Shown piece by piece: positions 10,970-17,900 of a stretch of DNA of 32,000 bases; position 1 is the stretch's first letter, and each line of letters opens with the position of its first letter. The translations under genes and the position numbers were made by a program. The stretch is from Amoeboradix gromovi X-113 (Eukaryota; Fungi; Sanchytriomycota), in contig JADGIF010000002.1 in assembly GCA_018985225.1 (NCBI GenBank), forward strand, positions 24,145-56,144, written 5' to 3'. Below the pieces are notes generated by a model that saw only the letters and a list, made by a program, of their open reading frames with translations, searched no databases and was not told the DNA's origin.

Positions 10970-12249
10970 TCACATCAACTTTTTACGCTTGTAATTGACG
11001 CTGCCGGAGATATCTGAATTCTTGTTTTTTACAACTCTGCTCCCGTAAATCATGGAAATAATGTCATTGTACTCATCCTCGTCGCTATCAAAGATTTCAA
11101 AAACGAGTTTTTTCATTCCCAGCGGATGAGGCATGTGCGCTATATTCCTGTAAGAGTTTCGGGAATGCAAATTAAAAGCAGATTTAAATATATCCATTTC
11201 TTTAAGATTCTTCAATTCCAGTATCTTTAGCGTCAACTTATTTAAAACTAGATAATCCCGCTCTGATGACAAATCATTACTAACATAATCAAAGCCAACG
11301 CTAGAACTATCGGGCCAACTTTCTCGGCCGTTTGCAACAATATTACGTTGAAGAAATCTCTTTTCCTCAGTTGTTCTCTAGATCAGTTTATAAATACAGA
11401 TTTAAAGTTAAGGGAGCTCCACTTTTCTGTTTTACTAATTGCCGCAATTTCATTCTCAATTTTTTTGCCCATTACACCAGAACAATTCAGACTTCCGCAA
11501 AAACAAGGATAAGATTCCTCAGAAGAATAATTGTAGTTGTAGGTAATTTCCTCACCAATTGCAATATCGCGGCTAGCAAATAGCCCGATTCTCTTTTCGT
11601 TGTCAACCCTCCAGACCTCGATATGGCAATTAGGATCGCATGAGTGATTTACAAATCTTGCGTCACTTCCTTTGTTAAATGCATCAATTATTCTGTTTTG
11701 ATATTGCAGAAAGTAAAAGTTTTTTTTATTCTTCATCAACTCCCTTCGTTGGTTGAACCTACTTAGAGATATAACTTCGCCAGTATATTCAAGTACATAA
11801 TCTCCTTCGTTTATTTGCACAGCGCTATATATTGCCCAACCCTTTCTAGGATTGAATACAACCTTGTATTGGTTGGATGCCAAGTATCTGTAGTTTCTGA
11901 TGCGCTGATTTAAACACCCTTTGACGCAGTCACTTTGGCATTCTATAAACATGCATCTATTGACACAAGAATCATCTTTACAACGGAGATCTTTGTCGCA
12001 ATTACATTGATCAGCATGGTTATCAGATTTATGATCTCTTGCATCTAAATATATATTTCTCTTTATCCTAGTCCAACCACTTTTGTAGTTGGATTCAGTT
12101 TCTCGGTAAAATTCCTTATATATATTATAAGGCAACTGAAAGTCTTCTTTCTTGGTAGGCGGTATGTTGGAGAAAAGTGGTTCATGATTTAGTTCGTTTC
12201 TACCCTTGTTTTGTTCACCTGAATCTGATGTCTGAACAGTTTTAACCAT
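10970..12249 (-). CDS. SET-domain histone H3K36 methyltransferase (Ash1/Set2 family); proposed two exons, 12249-11398 and 11377-10970 (419 aa)
   Basis: Pre-AWS WTRIKRNIYLD (Ash1-like); AWS cysteines (CNC..C.DDSCVNR....EC...C...C.NQ); SET motifs EYTGEVI, ARFVNHSCDPNC and EEITYNY; post-SET CFCGSLNCSG. Removing a GT..AG intron at 11397-11378 joins the 288-aa ORF in frame to the downstream 100-aa ORF, and AATAAA follows that ORF's stop. SET identity is firm; the exon model is inferred. Confidence 0.88.
11378..11397 (-). other. Putative 20-nt spliceosomal intron GTATTTATAAACTGATCTAG
   Basis: GT donor, branch-point-like CTGAT, TAG acceptor. It contains the in-frame TGA of exon 1 and the TAG that bounds the exon-2 frame. 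Removal is phase 0 (TCT|AGA), giving exons of 852 and 408 nt. Confidence 0.6.
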
Positions 12250-12825
12250 GCAGCTGTTTTAAAAAGTTTCTAAGGATTTCTGAAATTCAAAAATGATGCA
12301 ATAATTCAAATTGTAGTATTTTAACGGGATAATGATGCTGGCTAATGCGGATCTTCATTCAGCCATTTATTCCGTCCCTGTCTTGAAAATATGGGAAATG
12401 TTGCGTTAAGCCTGAATTGGGAAGGGCTTATGAAAGGATTTAATCTATGCACAATATTCAAAGATGGTATGAGGGAAGTGTAGAATAATTGCTCCCGCAA
12501 ATTCTAAATTCAGAGAAAATGATGAATCTGAAATACAGAGCCTATGTTGGGAGAAAAACTAGCTAAGAATATTTAAGTACCATCACAAAAAGAGGTGAAA
12601 ATACGATAAAATGATATAGCATGTTGATGGCGGTAAAAACGGGTCATCACCTAAAAAGCACAGCTTGACATTTTCTTGAATAAATCATTTATCGCGACTT
12701 TGTATATATTTTTGTATCATTTCAAGACTTTTCCAGATTTATCTAATAGCTTAAATACTCGATATTCTTCCTTTTTGCAAATGGTAAATCGATTCTAAAG
12801 AAATAACTAACAGGTACAGCATACA

Positions 12826-13247
12826 AAGACATATGATCTTATACACTTACCATCGTTCAATACGAGCCAGCTGCCAAGTAGCTTGTCGAGCAAGGTCGCA
12901 AGAAACATGGCTACAATGTCCCATTACGCATTCAAGGAACGCCTGAAGTTCAAGTGTAAGAAAAGAGGAAAGACGATGGTCGAATGGAATGAACCATTTA
13001 CTAGTCAGACATGTACAAGGTGTGGTACTCTAAAGAAAACCAATTTGGAGACAAAAGATGCACAAATTGTCAGTTGGAAATAGATAGAGACCATATGGCT
13101 GCAAGGAACATATACATCAAGTATATGCATCCTTATTCAATCTCGCCTCAGGGTAGTGAAAGCGTGGGCAATCACTGTAACCGAGCATCTGGCACTGCTA
13201 GTTTCTCTGTGGAAATTCTCGATTTTCTCGGAAATAAGGACTTTTAA
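12826..13247 (+). pseudogene. Fanzor (Fanzor2 / IS607-TnpB-like) RNA-guided nuclease relic, copy A: C-terminal RuvC-II, zinc finger and RuvC-III; 5'-truncated with one frameshift
   Basis: Reads KTYDLIHLPSFNTSQLPSSLSSKVARNMATMSHYAFKERLKFKCKKRGKTMVEWNEPFTSQTCTRCG, then after a frameshift at about 13030-13058 KRCTNCQLEIDRDHMAARNIY. Pro sits at the canonical RuvC-II Glu position (12850), with an alternative Glu 47 codons later (12991). Has CxxC...CxxC and DRDxxAARNI. In-frame stops at 12796 and 12808; no RuvC-I seen upstream. Confidence 0.88.
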
Positions 13248-13270
13248 CGAGGAGGTGATGTGGAATATAC
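13127..13270 (+). ncRNA. Candidate Fanzor omegaRNA, copy A: scaffold 13127-13250 overlapping the ORF 3' end, then about 20 nt of flank-derived guide
   Basis: Closing stem TCCTTATT (13130-13137) / AATAAGGA (13233-13240); internal hairpins TAGTGA/TCACTG and AGCA/TGCT. Homologous to 31215-31338 (-) up to TTTTAACGA. TnpB/Fanzor omegaRNAs are known to derive from the element 3' end. Confidence 0.55.
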
Positions 13271-13324
13271 TTGAGTAGATCTAATTTTTGAGACATTTGT
13301 TTTAAAGCGTTTATAATTTTTGTA

Positions 13325-14731
13325 ATGTATGTTCCGCCTCAGTTAAACAACGATGCACTAGATGAGATATTAGATCGATCATTCGCACTCTGTTATAAGC
13401 TTAGAAGGTTTGACATTGCAACTAGAATACGATCGAAGCACCCAGTTTCAATTCTAATTTGGGAAGGTCAAGAGGTCGATGATTCAAGAGATAGCCTCAA
13501 TGCGTTTGCTAATATCAAATTTAATAATGGATGGAAGGCAATGTATGTGGATGGCAATTGGATGGACTTTGGCTATAATTATACCAAACTAATTTCGGCT
13601 TTGTATAGAACATCGTCATCTGACATGAAGTACAAGGCAGGCTTTAAAGTGTCCGAAACTGAGGAACTGCCATTCAGCTATTTTCAGTATGACTCTTTCT
13701 ATAATTCAATGGTTGGAATCCTTGACGTATTTATAAACTTGGAGACCACATTTCCTAAAAGAAATGTTCCTCTTTTTAGAAGCATCTATGAAAAAGACAC
13801 GTATTTATTTAAAGACTTACCTACAGGGCAAATTCATCTTGGTGTGAAAGACCGAGTTTTTGTTAAAAATGTACTAAGAAGTGATTTGGTCAATTCTTAT
13901 ATGAGAAACCAAATAAAATACCTCGGATTCAAGAAATTCAAAGCAAAATATGATGGCAACTTAGAGATTGCCATAGAATTACTTGACTCTATGTATTGCG
14001 CACGGGATTTGTCAAAGTTGGAGTCTTCCGACTCATTTAACATGGAACCAGCATTTGCTAGCGAAGACTACAGAATCCAGGCTTTGAAAATTAATGCAAG
14101 GATTAGAATCAGCTTTCAGGTGCCTACGGAGGATGATTTTAGTTCCTTCTTTGTTCTGATTGACTATTTTCTGGATTCTTGGAGAGTAACGGCTTCTCTG
14201 GATCAATATATTGCTGGAAATTGGATCAAATGTAAGGATCTACCTAGTCTCATAACATTATTACGAAAAAGTGTCATTTCTAACAATTTATTTGAACACG
14301 CAAACATTTTGTATTTTATTCCAGAAATGAGTTTCTTTAGCTTCGAGTTCAAAACTATCGACTCTTTGTTGTGCTTGTATAGGACCTGTCAATTATCAGA
14401 ACTGGTACATCCGATTATCTCTAAAATCTATTATAACTGCCATAACGGACACTGCAAGGTTGAAAAATGTAAGTTTGGCATATATCTTTTTAGAGACCAT
14501 AAGGGAACACATCTGGGTTATAGAAACTATATGCTTGTTGAAAAAATTGAGGATAGTGAGCTGTATCAGCACATGGAGGATTATAAGTTTTTATTGAGAG
14601 AAAACGGAGATATAAATGATATAGACTGTAAAAGTGCGGTAAGATATCTTGAAAAGAGTGAGAATGTAGATCTGCCACCGTCGTTGTTAGAGGACAAAAT
14701 AAAAAACTTTTCGTTGTCAAATAATCATTAA
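13325..14731 (+). CDS. Hypothetical protein (468 aa), no recognised family
   Basis: Long ATG-initiated ORF with normal composition; the TAA overlaps AATAAA as in neighbouring genes. Confidence 0.75.
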   Translation: MYVPPQLNNDALDEILDRSFALCYKLRRFDIATRIRSKHPVSILIWEGQEVDDSRDSLNAFANIKFNNGWKAMYVDGNWMDFGYNYTKLISALYRTSSSDMKYKAGFKVSETEELPFSYFQYDSFYNSMVGILDVFINLETTFPKRNVPLFRSIYEKDTYLFKDLPTGQIHLGVKDRVFVKNVLRSDLVNSYMRNQIKYLGFKKFKAKYDGNLEIAIELLDSMYCARDLSKLESSDSFNMEPAFASEDYRIQALKINARIRISFQVPTEDDFSSFFVLIDYFLDSWRVTASLDQYIAGNWIKCKDLPSLITLLRKSVISNNLFEHANILYFIPEMSFFSFEFKTIDSLLCLYRTCQLSELVHPIISKIYYNCHNGHCKVEKCKFGIYLFRDHKGTHLGYRNYMLVEKIEDSELYQHMEDYKFLLRENGDINDIDCKSAVRYLEKSENVDLPPSLLEDKIKNFSLSNNH

Positions 14732-14743
14732 ATAAATCAATAC

Positions 14744-14912
14744 ATTTGTCACAAGCCCCGCAGTGGTACTATTTGAAAGTACCCTAATACTGATGCTTTC
14801 AATATTATTAAAAGATGTACACTTCAGTAACAGGATCGTTGCTTGTATTTAAAGCTGTTACATCTGTTCATGGTAAGGCTAGAAAACATTTTAAAACGGG
14901 TTTAGCGCAAAT
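14744..14912 (-). other. Unassigned structured element (candidate ncRNA or small non-autonomous element)
   Basis: Imperfect terminal stem enclosing three hairpins; G-U pairs favour the minus strand. Lies between the poly(A) signals of two convergent genes. Confidence 0.3.
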
Positions 14913-14938
14913 CTATTTAATTTTGTTTATTTTAATTA

Positions 14939-17900
14939 TTAACTTATACTTCTAGCTACACTTTCAAATAATCTCTCTATATCTGGGGCGCATCTTGTAA
15001 ACCCTAGTGTCCAAAAAGAGTACTTTGGGTTCTTGATTAGTTCTACAAATGTCGTCAACAAACACCATGGATGTGGTCTATTTGCTATCAGTCTCTCTAG
15101 CAATACTCGCGTGATTTGCTCCTTCACTACTTCTAATACAGTATCATCTTCAAACATTCCTAGCAACACCCGATTAAAGAAGTAAGAGTGAGCGTTTGGA
15201 TATCTCAGATGATTTGCCATGCATGTTATAGCCATATATCTTTTTGAGCTATCTAGTCCATTCAAAACCGCTTTTATCAACTCATACTGCCCACTTTGTC
15301 TTATTTCTTGTTTATGCTCGCTGCATCCCATATAAAACAATACAGCGTTCATCACGACATCAGTACTCTGCATTATATCTGCTATAACATGGGTGCTCTG
15401 CTTGTTCTTCAAGTATCCATCAATGCTTTCCTTGTAGGATTTTATTACTGACAAATAGTCATTTTTAACCACAGGCTGTATTAATATCTCAGGCAATTCC
15501 TTAATGTTCAGTCCCGGTGTGAACGGATCAGGTAATCTCAAGTCACGTGGGAAGCAGCTTAAAAGCAGATTCTTAAGCTGTATGCATATTGGTGGTATGT
15601 GCAAACACAAATTATAGTAATAACAGCACAAAAACTCAGGATAATCGTGCAGAAGGACCAAAAACAATCTTAGCGTACCCTTATATAGTAACCTAGTAGC
15701 TTCCGTCATTGTAGCTGTAGTTGTAAATGGCTTCAAATAAACTAATAGATCCACCAACAGCAAATGATAATGGTGCCAGTTGGTCATTGTTGTGAGCATA
15801 TTCGGAATGAACTGCCGATGGCTAATCAAACACAACCATCCAAATGTGAAACCTGGTACAATCTGTGGTTGCAATACATGCAGTGTTTCCAACAGACTCA
15901 TGCTATTAAAATCAACTTTTAACAGCTCATGATCGTGTATCATAGTCTGAAGTAGACTAAACAAGCGAGTGAACTTGGATGATTTGTTAATGCTACTTGT
16001 TTGGTACTCATGGACCAAAACCATACTTATAGTGGCCACTAGCTTACTAAATAACTGCACATGCTTATCCTCTTTGCATTTAATAGCCAATATCTCAACT
16101 AATAGCAATACTAATGCGTCTATACTGTTAAATTCATTTCCGTTATAATCCAATGCCATCTCTAAAGCACTCCTAGTAAAGTATATAATCTTCTCATCAG
16201 TGTTTATAATGTTGATTACCATAGACATGAATTCGTTCTTAATTTCAAGGCTCCAATGAGTCATCAGGGTCAACTTACACCATTTTACGAATATCAAATC
16301 CACATGGCTCAAATCCCACTGAAGTAGTTGATGAACACTGTAGCACGACAGCATGGTAGCTGACATATGTAGTTCAACTAGCAGGTAGTCGTTTTCCTCG
16401 CTCTCTACCAACATATTAACAAGACTTGTCAGGAATGACTTCGAAAGAGCCACATTTGCAGTTGTTGTGTTTGAAATAAGTCCGATTATAGCTATACTGA
16501 CATCTCCCAATCGTATCAGTCCCACTTGTAGTAATTCATATATACATTGCAAATTAAATATTTTAATGTTGGATTGTAAATAGAACCAGCTAGTAAACTC
16601 TTTGATCAGTACCTTGTTAAGCTCTATAGTATCTCGTAATAGCACGCTGCTTAGCTGCCTTATAAACCCATGTTCCGTTGAGTATAACGAAAGAATCAAC
16701 CATTCTATGTACTCCAGTAGCAACACATCGTTAGATGAGTGCTCGTTCAACAGCTGCTTTAGCTTGTTATTATTGATAACATCATGCACATCATCGAGTA
16801 CCTCCGTTATAATCAAGGAGGTTAAGGCAATTAAAGGATTGCCTGGTTGAGTCATAGAACTGACTGTCGGAGTGATATTAGATGTATTAGGATGAATTGG
16901 TGTTGTATTTGTATTGTTACTATCCCATCCCATATAAATACTATATTGTAACTCTGTTATGCCACCAGTGCTTTGCAGACCATCTGGAAGATCAATGTTA
17001 CTTGCACTACTACTTACCATGTAGGAGTCAATGTCCAGCGACTGCAGCGCTTGTTGTTTGGCTTCGTTCTCTATGTAAGCACATGCTTGCTGTATCAATC
17101 CATCTAATTCAGCATGATTAATATTGGTGTTTTGTAGCTGCAACAATACAGATTGCTTTAGTGGTTCCTTACAAGTTACCATCGCAAGTGATCCTGCTAA
17201 TGATTGTATCATTAAAATAGCAGCATTGTTTATTAACTGCTTGTTGTTGCAGTATTTAAAATCCTTACTAATTAACTCACGTGTAGATATATTTGCAATT
17301 GTGACACTGCGTTCCACCACAGGAATAAGTATCTCTTTTAGAGCTATAGTCATGGCTTGCGATAAGCTGGTATCTACAGCGCTATCACTAGGAAGTGTAT
17401 TTGTGTCCGGAACTAAATTTTCAGGCTGTACATAATCAGGTATACTGTTAATGTCGATTTTAAGATGGCTAAACAATATTTCAATATCCAAGTTACCTTT
17501 GCTATTGGTTTGGTTTAAATGTACCATTTTTAGTAATTGTAAGTGATAATTCATAAAGGGATTGGGCAGGTGAAATAGAGTACTCTTATTAGACTGCTGC
17601 AGCAAAGAACATGTGAATGGCAGCACCATAGGATTACTAGTGTACTGCATTATCAACTGATTTAAATTCACGTGAATATGTATTAGCGGTTTGTCCTGTC
17701 TAATTGTTAACAAGCCAATCCAAGCACCACTGTTTCTTATAAGTTGCTTATTATTGCCATCTATTAATGAATTAGCGATGTGCATCGATTCGTATAGTAC
17801 ACACTTGAATAAAACAGAGGATCTATACATTGTTGACTTCTTGGATTTACACAGGGACACAATAAAATTAAAATAAATAGAATGAAAGTTGGGCTCATTG

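Noticed and set aside
11383-11385. TGA readthrough, selenocysteine or an alternative genetic code in the SET gene
   Set aside because: Readthrough ends at a TAG about 45 codons later without joining the downstream ORF. TAA, TAG and TGA all terminate conserved genes in this window, so the code is standard.
11332-11583. 83-aa + strand ORF
   Set aside because: TTG start, antisense to the SET gene, no motifs.
13030-13058. Programmed ribosomal frameshift in the Fanzor ORF
   Set aside because: No canonical slippery heptamer, and the copy is 5'-truncated anyway. A mutation or assembly indel is simpler.
13143-13258. Pseudoknot TCGCCTC (13143-13149) / GAGGTGA (13252-13258) as part of the omegaRNA
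   Set aside because: The 3' strand lies beyond the shared endpoint and is absent from copy B, so it is probably a chance pairing with flank.
14744-14912. Assignment of the structured element to RNase MRP/P, U1 or telomerase RNA
   Set aside because: Only partial motif look-alikes (GAAAGTACCC, CGGGGCTT, CCTTACC, ACCCTAA), on inconsistent strands or in the wrong order. Left unassigned.
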